A stretch of 64,000 bases of DNA from positions 2,272,001 to 2,336,000 of the forward strand of contig OY762897.2 of assembly GCA_963666515.2 (NCBI GenBank), in the 5' to 3' direction. Below are positions 1 to 8,800 of this stretch, one piece after another. The position numbers and the translations under genes are program-made. How positions within the stretch are numbered: position 1 is the stretch's first letter; every line of letters starts with the position of its first letter. Source of the DNA: Candidatus Binatia bacterium. Lineage in GTDB: Bacteria > Desulfobacterota > Binatia > UBA9968 > JAJDTQ01. The notes under the pieces were generated by a model, which was given only the letters and a program-made list of their open reading frames with translations, was not told the origin of the DNA and did not search any database.

Positions 1-213
1 GTCCAGCGTCTGCTGCTCGGAGGTCACGTCCATCTCCAGCGCCAGGGCCTTGCGGCCCTTCGCCTCCACCAGCCGGGCGGTCTCCCGTACCCCGGCGAAA
101 CTCACGTCCGTGGCGCACACGTGAGCCCCTTCCTCGGCCAGCCTCACCGCATACGCCCGGCCCAGGCCCGTGGCCGCGCCGGTCACCAGGGCAACACGAT
201 TTTCAAGTCTCAT
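1..213 (-). CDS. SDR family oxidoreductase (5' part, runs off window start)
   Basis: Manual translation from ATG at 213: MRLENRVALVTGAATGLGRAYAVRLAEEGA...; TGxxxGxG Rossmann motif; overlaps the ogt stop. Confidence 0.85.
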   Translation of the reverse strand, partial: MRLENRVALVTGAATGLGRAYAVRLAEEGAHVCATDVSFAGVRETARLVEAKGRKALALEMDVTSEQQTLD

Positions 214-679
214 GGCTCCGCTCCAGGTCGAGCAGGTACTGCTTCACGTCCAGCCCTCCGCCGTACCCGGTCAACTTCCCGTTTCCGCCGATGACCCGGT
301 GACAGGGAACCACGATGGCGATGGGATTGCGCCCGTTGGCCGCTCCCACCGCGCGCACTGCGGCCGGCTGTCCTATGGCCCGCGCCTGCTCGCCGTAGGA
401 GCGGGTGGCGCCGTAGGGAATGTCCTGAAGCGCCGTCCACGCGCGCAACTGGAACGGCGTGCCGGACGGAGCCAGAGGCAGGTCGAACCCTCTCCGCCGC
501 CCCCGGAAGTATTCATCGAGCTGCCGCCTCGCCTTGGCCACCAACGCCCCACCCTTCCGCCAGCCTTCGACGACCCTGCCTGGATGCCGCCCCTCCCGGA
601 AACCGATCATCCTGACCGCGTTCTCGTCGGCCACGATCAGAAGCTCGCCCACCGGACTCTCCATCCAGTCGTAGTTCAT
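203..679 (-). CDS. ogt: methylated-DNA--protein-cysteine methyltransferase
   Basis: PCHRV active site, GTPFQ and RAVGAANGRNP motifs. Confidence 0.95.
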   Translation of the reverse strand: MNYDWMESPVGELLIVADENAVRMIGFREGRHPGRVVEGWRKGGALVAKARRQLDEYFRGRRRGFDLPLAPSGTPFQLRAWTALQDIPYGATRSYGEQARAIGQPAAVRAVGAANGRNPIAIVVPCHRVIGGNGKLTGYGGGLDVKQYLLDLERSHET

Positions 680-775
680 GTCCTTCCCTTTCCACTCCCC
701 GAAACTTGCTTAAAATCCAATCCTTGTTTGTGTGAACAAGCCGCAGAGTATTGACAAACTCGCGGGTGGCGCCCC

Positions 776-1849
776 TCAGTCTTCCACCGGCACCATCCAG
801 CCGTGGCGGTCCGGCAGGCGGCCGCGCTGGATGTCCGACAGGTCGTTGAACAGGCGCTGTGCCAGCGGACCCACTTCGCCGCCGTGGACGCGGATCCGCT
901 CGCCCCTGTAGGCCAGCTCGCCCACCGGGGAGATGACCGCGGCGGTGCCGGTGCCGAAGACCTCCCGCAGGGCGCCGTCGCGGGCCGCGGCCATGACTTT
1001 AGCGATGGTCACTGGCCGTTCGGCTACGCTCACGCCGTAGTCCCTTGCAAGCTGGAGCACGGACTCGCGGGTCACGCCCTCCAGCAGCGTGCCGGAGACC
1101 GGCGGCGTCACCAGCTCGTCGCCGATCACGAAGGCGATGTTCATGGAGCCGACTTCCTCGATGTATTCCTGGTTGATGCCGTCCAGCCACAGGACCTGGG
1201 CGAAGCCGTCCCGCTGGGCTTCTTCTCCGGCCAGCAGGCTGCCGGCGTAGTTCCCTGCGGTCTTGGCCGCGCCGGTGCCGCCCCGCACCGACCGGGCGTA
1301 GCGGTCTTCCACGCGGATCCGCAGCGGGTTGAAGCCTTCGGAGTAATAGGCCGCCACCGGCGAGAGGATGATGAAGAACTGGTAGGTGCGCGAGGGACGC
1401 ACGTGCAGGTCGGGGTCTTTCGCGAAGGCCACCGGCCGGATGTACAGGGAGGTGCCCGGCGCCCGCGGCACCCATTCCCGGTCCACGGCGACGAGCTGCC
1501 TGAGGGCGGCAAGGAACAGGTCCGGGTCGATGGGCGGCACGCACAGCCGCGTCGCCGAGCGGTTGAAGCGGGCGATGTTCCGGTCGGGGCGGAACAGCCG
1601 GACGGCATCATCTTCCCCGCGGTACGCCTTGAGTCCCTCGAAAATGCTCTGCGCGTAGTGGAGCACCACCGTGGCCGGCTCCAGCTCCAGCGGGCCGTAA
1701 GGCACGATGCGCGGGTCGGACCAGCCCGCGTCTCCCGCCGCGTCCAGGAGGAACATGTGGTCGGTGAACACTTGGCCGAAGCCAAGCTGGTCGTCCCGCG
1801 GCTTGGCCTTGGGCCGTTGGATGCGTGTAAACGGAATCTCGAAATTCAT
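776..1849 (-). CDS. ilvE: branched-chain amino acid aminotransferase
   Basis: LHYAQSIFEGLKAY, LYIRP, KTAGNY, EEVGSMN, GTAAVISPVG motifs; start could be 1849-1861. Confidence 0.93.
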   Translation of the reverse strand: MNFEIPFTRIQRPKAKPRDDQLGFGQVFTDHMFLLDAAGDAGWSDPRIVPYGPLELEPATVVLHYAQSIFEGLKAYRGEDDAVRLFRPDRNIARFNRSATRLCVPPIDPDLFLAALRQLVAVDREWVPRAPGTSLYIRPVAFAKDPDLHVRPSRTYQFFIILSPVAAYYSEGFNPLRIRVEDRYARSVRGGTGAAKTAGNYAGSLLAGEEAQRDGFAQVLWLDGINQEYIEEVGSMNIAFVIGDELVTPPVSGTLLEGVTRESVLQLARDYGVSVAERPVTIAKVMAAARDGALREVFGTGTAAVISPVGELAYRGERIRVHGGEVGPLAQRLFNDLSDIQRGRLPDRHGWMVPVED

Positions 1850-1933
1850 TGACGACAACATACTCCTTGAGTCCGCCCAGTGTACTACACGCTACGCCCG
1901 TTTCGGAAAAGCCCGTCCAGCCACGAAGCAGGT

Positions 1934-1962
1934 TTGACAGTGTAGCATTTCCGCAACATAAT
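1934..1962 (+). promoter_or_regulatory. sigma-70 promoter of ABC transporter operon
   Basis: TTGACA-17 bp-CATAAT. Confidence 0.7.
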
Positions 1963-2048
1963 CGGGTGCGGGTTTGTCGGGTGCGGATCGAGCACCCGGT
2001 TGCCCCACCACAAGCCGGACAACAACGGAAAAAGGAGGAACGAGAACC

Positions 2049-3395
2049 ATGTCCATAAGGAGACAGACATTCAGCATCCTGTTGGTTGCGCTGGCGCTGG
2101 CCGTCGCGGCGCCGTTCAGCGCCGGCGCGGTCGAGAACAAGCTGGTCGTCGTCACGTCGTATCCGCCGGACACGACCAACACGGTGAAGGCGGCCTTCGA
2201 GAAGAAGCACCCCGGCGTCAAGGTCGAGATGCTGCGGAAGAAGACCACCGCCGGCATCAAGTACCTGCAGGAGACCGCCGGCAACAACCGCTCCGACATG
2301 TTCTGGGCCTCGGCCCCCGACGCCTTCGAGGTGCTGAAGGGAGACGGGCTGCTGCAGAAGTACGAGGTCAAGGTCAAGGGCATTCCGCAGAAGGTGGGGG
2401 CTTTCCCCATCAACGATCCCGAGGGCTACTACAAGGGGTTCGCCGCTTCCGGCTACGGCATCATGTGGAACACCCGCTACCTCAAGGCCAAGAAGCTGCC
2501 GGTGCCGAAGACCTGGGCGGACCTGGCCAAGCCGGTCTACCACGGCCACGTGGGCATGAGCGCGCCGTCGCGCTCGGGAACCACCCACCTGACCGTCGAG
2601 ACCCTGCTCCAGGGGAAGGGCTGGGAAGAGGGCTGGGCCATCTGGAAGGCCATCGCGGGCAACTTCAAGACCGTCACCGAGCGCAGCTTCGGCGTGCCCG
2701 ACGGCGTCAACTCGGGCCAGTTCGGCATCGGCATCGTCATCGACTTCTTCGGGCTGTCGTCGGAGGCCTCGGGCTTCCCGGTGAAGTTCCTCTACCCGCA
2801 GGTGACGACCCTGGTGCCGGCGAACATTGCCATCGTCAGCAACGCACCGCACCCCAAGGCCGCGGGGGCTTTCATCGAGTTCCTGCTGTCGTCCGAGGGC
2901 CAGGAGGTGCTGCTGGACCCGAAGATCCGGCGGCTGCCGGTGAACCCGGCGACCTATGCCAAGGCGCCGGCCGGCTTCCCGAACCCGTTCAAGGACAAGT
3001 CCATCGGCGCCGCGGTCAAGTTCGACCTCGAACTCTCCAAGAACCGCTACAACGTGATCAACTCGCTCTTCGACGTCATGGTCACCTACCGGCTGGACGA
3101 CCTGCGCGCGGCCACCAAGGCGATCCACAACGCCGAGGCGACGATGGGGAGCAAGTCCAACGCCGAAGCGCGGAAGCTGATCGACGAAGCCAAGGCGCTG
3201 GTGGCCGCGGTGCCCATCGAGGCCGCCCAGGCGGGCAAGGCGGACTTCAACAGTATCTTCAAGAAGAAGCGCAAGAAGGCCACCACCAAGGTGACCGGCC
3301 GCCAGGCGGAGATCGAGCAGGCGTGGGACGCCAAGGTCAAGGCCAACTACACCAAGGCAAGATCGCTGGCCGAGAAGGCCGCGTCCATGCTGTAG
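2049..3395 (+). CDS. ABC transporter substrate-binding protein (AfuA/PgtC-like)
   Basis: Signal peptide, AAGGAGG RBS, DMFWASAPDAF and PSRSGTT motifs; followed by permease and ATPase. Confidence 0.85.
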   Translation: MSIRRQTFSILLVALALAVAAPFSAGAVENKLVVVTSYPPDTTNTVKAAFEKKHPGVKVEMLRKKTTAGIKYLQETAGNNRSDMFWASAPDAFEVLKGDGLLQKYEVKVKGIPQKVGAFPINDPEGYYKGFAASGYGIMWNTRYLKAKKLPVPKTWADLAKPVYHGHVGMSAPSRSGTTHLTVETLLQGKGWEEGWAIWKAIAGNFKTVTERSFGVPDGVNSGQFGIGIVIDFFGLSSEASGFPVKFLYPQVTTLVPANIAIVSNAPHPKAAGAFIEFLLSSEGQEVLLDPKIRRLPVNPATYAKAPAGFPNPFKDKSIGAAVKFDLELSKNRYNVINSLFDVMVTYRLDDLRAATKAIHNAEATMGSKSNAEARKLIDEAKALVAAVPIEAAQAGKADFNSIFKKKRKKATTKVTGRQAEIEQAWDAKVKANYTKARSLAEKAASML

Positions 3396-3415
3396 CCCGA
3401 ATGCGAGTCCGGTAG

Positions 3416-3440
3416 CCCGTGCCCCCGCGTGGGGTACGGG
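3416..3440. repeat. intergenic palindrome (REP-like or mRNA-stabilising hairpin)
   Basis: cccgtgcccc-cgcgt-ggggtacggg inverted repeat between binding-protein and permease genes. Confidence 0.5.
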
Positions 3441-3484
3441 CCGCCGGTTATCTCGGCGGCGGGTCCGTACAGGCAAGGAACTCC

Positions 3485-5194
3485 GTGTACGCGGCAATGC
3501 GCGGCCAGTGGGGGCCGGCGGCGGTGGTGGCCGTGGTGGGCCTCTTCCTGTTGGTGTTCCTGGTGCTGCCCGTAGTGAACGTGATCTACGTGGCGTTCCA
3601 GGACCCCAACACGGGCGCCCTCACCCTGATCAACTTCGTCGACTTCTTCCGCACCAGCCTGTTCCAGGAATCCTCCATCAACTCGCTCTACGTGGCGGCC
3701 ATGGCGGTGGTGGTGTCGTCGTGCTTCGCCCTGCCGCTGGCCTATTTCACCTCCCGCTTCAACTTCAAGGGCGCCGTCCTGATCCAGACCCTGGGCATCA
3801 TCCCGCTGATCATGCCCCCCTTCGTCGGCGCCGTGGCGATGCTGCTGCTGCTCGGCGAGAACGGCTCCGTCAACCTGCTGCTGGACGAGTGGTTCGGCTT
3901 CACCATCCCGTTCATGGAAGGGCTCAACGGCGTCATCCTGGTGGAGAGCATCCACTACTTCCCGTTCATCCTCATCAACCTCTCGGCGGCGCTCAACAAC
4001 ATCGACCGGTCCATGGAGGAATCGGCGCAGAACCTGGGCGCCAGCGGCCTGCGGCTGTTCCGCCGCATCGTGTTCCCGCTGGCCATGCCCGGATACGTGG
4101 CCGGCGCGTCGCTGGTGTTCCTGAAGGTGTTCGACGACATCGGCACGCCGCTCTTGCTGAACGTCAACAACATGCTGGCGCCGCAGGCCTATCTGCGCAT
4201 CTCCTCCATCGGCATCGCCGACCCCATGGGCTACGTGATCTCGGTGATCCTGGTGATCTTCTCGCTGCTGGCGCTGTGGACCTCCTTTCTGGCGTTACGC
4301 AACAAGGACTACGCCATGCTGCAGAAAGGGGGCGGCGGCCTGATGAAACGGGACCTCCGGCCGTGGGAGAAGGCCGCCTGCTACGGCGTGGTCGTCTTCA
4401 TCCTGCTGCTGGTGCTGTCGCCCCACTTCGGGCTCATGCTGCTGTCCTTCGGCACCGTCTGGTCGTTCAGCGTGCTGCCCGACGGCTACACCACCGCGCA
4501 CTACGTGCAGGTGGTGTCGTCGTCGTTCCAGTTCATCAGCAACACGCTGCTCTACGCCGGCCTGGCCGCGGCCATCGACGTCTGCTTCGGCACCGCCATC
4601 GCGTACGTGGTCTGGCGCACCAGGCTGATCGGCCGGCAGTGGCTGGACTACATCGCCATGGGGGCCGTCGCCATCCCCGGGGTGGTCCTGGGGATCGGCT
4701 ACCTGCGCACCTTCTACGAGTTCAACGTGCCCCTCATCGACAAGCCGCTGGCGTCCTGGTGGGTCATCATCGTCGTCGCCCTGGCCATCCGCAGGATGCC
4801 CTACGCTCTGCGCGCCTGCACCGCGGCGCTGCAGCAGATCAGCGTCATGCTGGAGGAAGCGGCCGAGAACCTCGGCGCCACCAAGGGCCGCACGGTCCGC
4901 CGCATCGTGGTGCCGCTGATGGCGGGGGGCATCGTCGCCGGCTTCGTCACCAGCTTCGCCACCGCCGCGGTGGAGCTGTCCACGACCATCATGCTGGTGT
5001 CGCAGGAATCGGACGCGCCGCTGGCGTTCGGCATCTACGAGTTCATGCAGTCGGCCGCGGGACGCGGACCCGGCGCGGCCCTCGGCATCGTCGCGGTGGT
5101 CATCGTCGGCATCACCACCTACGTCTCGCACCGCTTCATCCAGCGCAAGGAAACCCAGCGGACCCCCGACGTGACGGTGGTGGCGGGAGCGTGA
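3485..5194 (+). CDS. Fe3+/FbpB-type ABC transporter permease (two EAA domains)
   Basis: Multi-TM protein with two EAA loops (EESAQNLGA, EEAAENLGA); GTG after AAGGAA. Confidence 0.9.
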   Translation: MYAAMRGQWGPAAVVAVVGLFLLVFLVLPVVNVIYVAFQDPNTGALTLINFVDFFRTSLFQESSINSLYVAAMAVVVSSCFALPLAYFTSRFNFKGAVLIQTLGIIPLIMPPFVGAVAMLLLLGENGSVNLLLDEWFGFTIPFMEGLNGVILVESIHYFPFILINLSAALNNIDRSMEESAQNLGASGLRLFRRIVFPLAMPGYVAGASLVFLKVFDDIGTPLLLNVNNMLAPQAYLRISSIGIADPMGYVISVILVIFSLLALWTSFLALRNKDYAMLQKGGGGLMKRDLRPWEKAACYGVVVFILLLVLSPHFGLMLLSFGTVWSFSVLPDGYTTAHYVQVVSSSFQFISNTLLYAGLAAAIDVCFGTAIAYVVWRTRLIGRQWLDYIAMGAVAIPGVVLGIGYLRTFYEFNVPLIDKPLASWWVIIVVALAIRRMPYALRACTAALQQISVMLEEAAENLGATKGRTVRRIVVPLMAGGIVAGFVTSFATAAVELSTTIMLVSQESDAPLAFGIYEFMQSAAGRGPGAALGIVAVVIVGITTYVSHRFIQRKETQRTPDVTVVAGA

Positions 5195-5196
5195 GC

Positions 5197-6282
5197 ATGG
5201 AATCGGAAAACGCCGCCGGCGTGGTCATCGAGGGGCTCAGCCTGGCCTACGACGCCACCGACGTGCTGAAGGGCGTCGACCTGCGGATCGAGGCGGGCGA
5301 GCTGTTCACCTTCCTGGGTCCGTCCGGCTCCGGCAAATCGACCTTGTTGCGTTGCGTGGCCGGTTTCGGCCCGACGCCCCGCGGACGCATCCTGATCGGC
5401 GACCACGACGTGACGCGGCTGCCGCCCTGGCGGCGGAACGTCGGCATGGTGTTTCAGTCGTACGCGCTGTGGCCGCACATGACCGTGTACCGGAACGTCG
5501 CCTTCGGGCTCGAGGAGCGCAGAACGCCGTCGGCCGAGATCCCGAAACGGGTGAAGGCCGCGCTGGACATGGTGGGTCTCTGGGAGCTGGCGGAGCGGCG
5601 GCCGTCACAGCTTTCCGGCGGCCAGCAGCAGCGGGTGGCGGTGGCCCGTACCATCGTCGTCGAGCCTCGTGTCCTGCTGCTGGACGAGCCGCTGTCCAAC
5701 CTGGACGCCAACCTGCGCGTGCAGATGCGGCGCGAGATCCTCGACCTGCAACGGAAACTCAAGCTCACCACCATCTTCGTCACCCACGACCAGGAGGAGG
5801 CCAACACCATCTCGGACCGGATCGCGGTCCTCGACCAGGGCATCCTTCAACAGGTGGGATCGCCCATGGACCTCTACGACACGCCCGTCAACCGGTTCGT
5901 CGCCGATTTCCTCGGCAGCGCCAACCTGCTGGACGGGCGCGTGGAGGCAGCCGGCGAGGGCGCGCGCTTCGTGGCCGCCGGCGGCATCGTCCTGCCGCTC
6001 CCCGGTGAGCGCCACACACCCGGAGACGGCCGCACCGCCATGTTCCGTCCCCAGGACGCAAGCATCGCCGCGGCGGGCGATGCCGGCGGCGCCACGGCCT
6101 TCGCCGGCCGTGTCAGCCATCGCGAATTCCTCGGAAACCTCATCCGCTATACCGTCGCGGTCGACGACAAGGTGTCCCTGCTGGTTGACGATACGCACCA
6201 GTCCGGGCGCCGCGCCTTTTCGGTCGGCGACAGCGTGACGGTCAACGTCGACACCGAACGTGTACGGGTACTGACCGGCTGA
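5197..6282 (+). CDS. ABC transporter ATP-binding protein (PotA/FbpC-type)
   Basis: GPSGSGKS Walker A, LSGGQQQR signature, LLLDEP Walker B, C-terminal TOBE-like region. Confidence 0.93.
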   Translation: MESENAAGVVIEGLSLAYDATDVLKGVDLRIEAGELFTFLGPSGSGKSTLLRCVAGFGPTPRGRILIGDHDVTRLPPWRRNVGMVFQSYALWPHMTVYRNVAFGLEERRTPSAEIPKRVKAALDMVGLWELAERRPSQLSGGQQQRVAVARTIVVEPRVLLLDEPLSNLDANLRVQMRREILDLQRKLKLTTIFVTHDQEEANTISDRIAVLDQGILQQVGSPMDLYDTPVNRFVADFLGSANLLDGRVEAAGEGARFVAAGGIVLPLPGERHTPGDGRTAMFRPQDASIAAAGDAGGATAFAGRVSHREFLGNLIRYTVAVDDKVSLLVDDTHQSGRRAFSVGDSVTVNVDTERVRVLTG

Positions 6283-6332
6283 CGCGAGCACAGGGGTCCC
6301 GCGTCCACCTGCTCCGGGCGAACGGGGAGGCT

Positions 6333-6959
6333 CTACCCTTCCGCCCTGGCGGCGGCTTTCCGCGCTTCCAGCTCCGCGGCCTCGGCCGCGGTCTTGCCCC
6401 ACAGGGGCGGGTCCTTGAGGTACTCTTCCTCTTCCGGCGTGTTCGGGCGTCCCAGGACCGCGTTGCGATGGGGGAAGCGGCCGAAGCGCTTGATGGCGGC
6501 ATGATGGCCGACCGCAGCCCTCATGGAATCCTCGTTACCGAGGCTGCCGTAGAGGACCAGCGCCCGTTCCTGGTCGGCCAGCCGTTCGCTGTGCTCGAAC
6601 GGCAGGTAGATGAAAGTCCTGGGCCAGCGGGCGAACCCCCGGTCGTAACCCTGCTCCAGGGCATACCCGGCGACCTCGCGGGCCTTGGCGTCGGTGGCGA
6701 AGGCGCGGGGCGTGCCGCGGTAGATGTTGCGCGGGAACTGGTCCAGGGCCATGATCAGGGTCAGGCAGTCCTCGGGCGTCCGCTTGAAGTGGTCCAACTC
6801 GCCGGCCGCGGCGCGCTCGTGAACCCCGGTGTAGTGATCGACCAGGTGCCGGTCGAACTCCGGGGTGGCGCGAAACCACACCTGGCGCTTCTCCATCTCG
6901 ACGCTCAGGTCCAGCGTGCCGAACCAGAAAGTGAGTATCTCTCTCGATAGAGCTTCCAC
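6333..6959 (-). CDS. DUF924 family protein
   Basis: ILTFWF, LDQFPRNIYR, YLPFEHSE, FGRFPHRN motifs; GGAGG upstream of GTG at 6959. Confidence 0.88.
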   Translation of the reverse strand: MEALSREILTFWFGTLDLSVEMEKRQVWFRATPEFDRHLVDHYTGVHERAAAGELDHFKRTPEDCLTLIMALDQFPRNIYRGTPRAFATDAKAREVAGYALEQGYDRGFARWPRTFIYLPFEHSERLADQERALVLYGSLGNEDSMRAAVGHHAAIKRFGRFPHRNAVLGRPNTPEEEEYLKDPPLWGKTAAEAAELEARKAAARAEG

Positions 6960-7064
6960 GCGTCCTCCGGCGAAAGAAAGGTCGCTGCAAGTCTTGACCA
7001 ACAGAGGTCCAATTGCAACACTGCCCAAGCGCGGGCGGGTCGATCCGGTCTCCGGGAGGTCATT

Positions 7065-8024
7065 ACGGCAAACTTCGACGACAAGGTCGCGGCAAGCGGC
7101 CGGTCCCTCCACAAGCAGAAGCTGCAAGTGCTTCAGGTCAACATGGGGAAGTACTGCAACCAGTCGTGCTTCCACTGCCACGTGGAGGCCGGGCCGGGCC
7201 GCAAGGAGATGATGGACCGCGCCACCGTGGACGACGTGCTGCGGTTCCTCGAAAACTCCGACATCCCCACCGTGGACATCACCGGCGGCGCGCCGGAGCT
7301 GAACCCCCACTTCGACCATCTCGTGGAATCCTGCAGGGACATGGGACGCCACGTGATGGACCGATGCAACCTCACGGTCTTCTACGAGGAAGGCAAGGAG
7401 TACCTGCCCGAGTTCTTCAAGCGCCACCGGGTCGAGGTGATCTGTTCCCTGCCCTGCTACACCAGGGAGAACGTGGACAGCCAGCGCGGCAACGGCACCT
7501 TTGAACTGAGCGTGCGCGGGCTGCAGGAACTGAACCGCCTGGGCTACGGCCGGCCCGGCTCGGGGCTGGAGCTGAATCTCGTCTACAACCCCATGGGCAA
7601 CTACCTGCCGCCGCCCCAGGAGCAACTCGAGGGCGACTACCGGCGCATGTTGGGCGAGGAGTTCGGCATCGTCTTCAACCACCTCTACTGCCTGACCAAC
7701 ATGCCCATCACCCGCTTCAGGAAATTCCTCAAGCAGCGGGGACAGTACGACGACTACCTGCAGCTCCTGGAGGACAACTTCAACGCCGAGACGGTGGAGA
7801 AGGTCATGTGCCGCGACCTCCTGAGCGTGGCGTGGGACGGCTCGGTGTACGACTGCGACTTCAACCAGATGCTCGACATGCCCCTGGGCCGCGTGAACGG
7901 GAAGAAGCCCCACATCCGGGAGTTCTCGGCAGCGGACTTCGAGGACCAGCCCATCCTCACCGCGAACCACTGCTACGCCTGCACCGCGGGCACCGGCAGC
8001 AGTTGCGGCGGCGCCCTGGTCTGA
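7065..8024 (+). CDS. arsS: ArsS-like radical SAM protein (DUF3641), arsenosugar-biosynthesis-associated
   Basis: CNQSCFHC (CxxxCxxC), DITGGAPE, YDCDFNQML, C-terminal HCYACTAGTGSSCGG; first canonical start is GTG 7128, but RBS and conserved N-terminus lie upstream. Confidence 0.8.
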   Translation, partial: TANFDDKVAASGRSLHKQKLQVLQVNMGKYCNQSCFHCHVEAGPGRKEMMDRATVDDVLRFLENSDIPTVDITGGAPELNPHFDHLVESCRDMGRHVMDRCNLTVFYEEGKEYLPEFFKRHRVEVICSLPCYTRENVDSQRGNGTFELSVRGLQELNRLGYGRPGSGLELNLVYNPMGNYLPPPQEQLEGDYRRMLGEEFGIVFNHLYCLTNMPITRFRKFLKQRGQYDDYLQLLEDNFNAETVEKVMCRDLLSVAWDGSVYDCDFNQMLDMPLGRVNGKKPHIREFSAADFEDQPILTANHCYACTAGTGSSCGGALV

Positions 8025-8056
8025 CGCGCCGACGCCCGGCCGCGGACGACCCGTCC

Positions 8057-8734
8057 ATGCGGCTTTCCATCATCATCCCCGCCCTGAACGAGGAACGCGC
8101 CATCGCCGGCGCCGTCGGCAACGCGGCGCGCATCGAACCCCACGAGATCATCGTCGTGGACGGCGGCAGCACGGACCGCACCCCGGACATCGTGCGGGAC
8201 GGCCCGGCCCGGCTGGTGTTCTCCGCCAGGGGGCGCGCGGCGCAGATGAACGAGGGCGCCCGGCGCGCCGAAGGCGACGTGCTGCTGTTCCTCCACGCCG
8301 ACACCGCGCTGCCCGACACCGCAAGGCTCGACGTCGAAGGCGGCATGGCCGACCCGGAATGCGTGGGCGGCCGTTTCGATATCCGCCTGGACAGCGAGCG
8401 CCCGCTGCTCCGGGTGGTCGGCCGCATGATCAGCCTGCGTTCCCGTCTGACCCGGGTGGCCACCGGAGACCAGGCCATCTTCGTGCGGCGGTCCGCGTTC
8501 GACGGGCTGGGCGGCTTCCCCGAGATTCCCATCATGGAGGACGTGGCGTTCTGCCGCGCGCTCAAGAAGGAAGGACGCATCGCCTGCCTGCGCTCGCGGG
8601 TGGTCAGCTCGGCCCGGCGGTGGGAGCGGAACGGCCCGGTGCGGACCATCCTGCTCATGTGGGCGCTGAAGCTGCTCTTCCTCGCCGGAGTGCCGCCGGC
8701 GACCCTGAAGCGGCTCTACAGCGAGGCCCGCTAG
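8057..8734 (+). CDS. GT2 glycosyltransferase (TIGR04283-like, ArsS-associated)
   Basis: SIIIPALNEE, VDGGSTD, FLHADT, GDQAIF, MED, SSARRW motifs; adjacent to ArsS. Confidence 0.88.
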   Translation: MRLSIIIPALNEERAIAGAVGNAARIEPHEIIVVDGGSTDRTPDIVRDGPARLVFSARGRAAQMNEGARRAEGDVLLFLHADTALPDTARLDVEGGMADPECVGGRFDIRLDSERPLLRVVGRMISLRSRLTRVATGDQAIFVRRSAFDGLGGFPEIPIMEDVAFCRALKKEGRIACLRSRVVSSARRWERNGPVRTILLMWALKLLFLAGVPPATLKRLYSEAR

Positions 8735-8760
8735 TGCCTGTGCCCGGACAGCCGCCAACT

Positions 8761-8790
8761 TTGACCGTTTCGCCGGCTTTGTGTTAGGTT
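8761..8790 (+). promoter_or_regulatory. putative sigma-70 promoter
   Basis: TTGACC-18 bp-TAGGTT with extended -10 TG. Confidence 0.45.
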
Positions 8791-8800
8791 GGCGTTCCCG

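Noticed and set aside
3508-5196. Apparent 924-aa ABC ATPase with a long N-terminal extension
   Set aside because: The extension is an alternate frame of the permease; the ATPase begins at ATG 5197
7995-8024. Possible selenocysteine in the ArsS C-terminus
   Set aside because: The codon is TGC (Cys); the TGA after GGALV is at the normal end of the family
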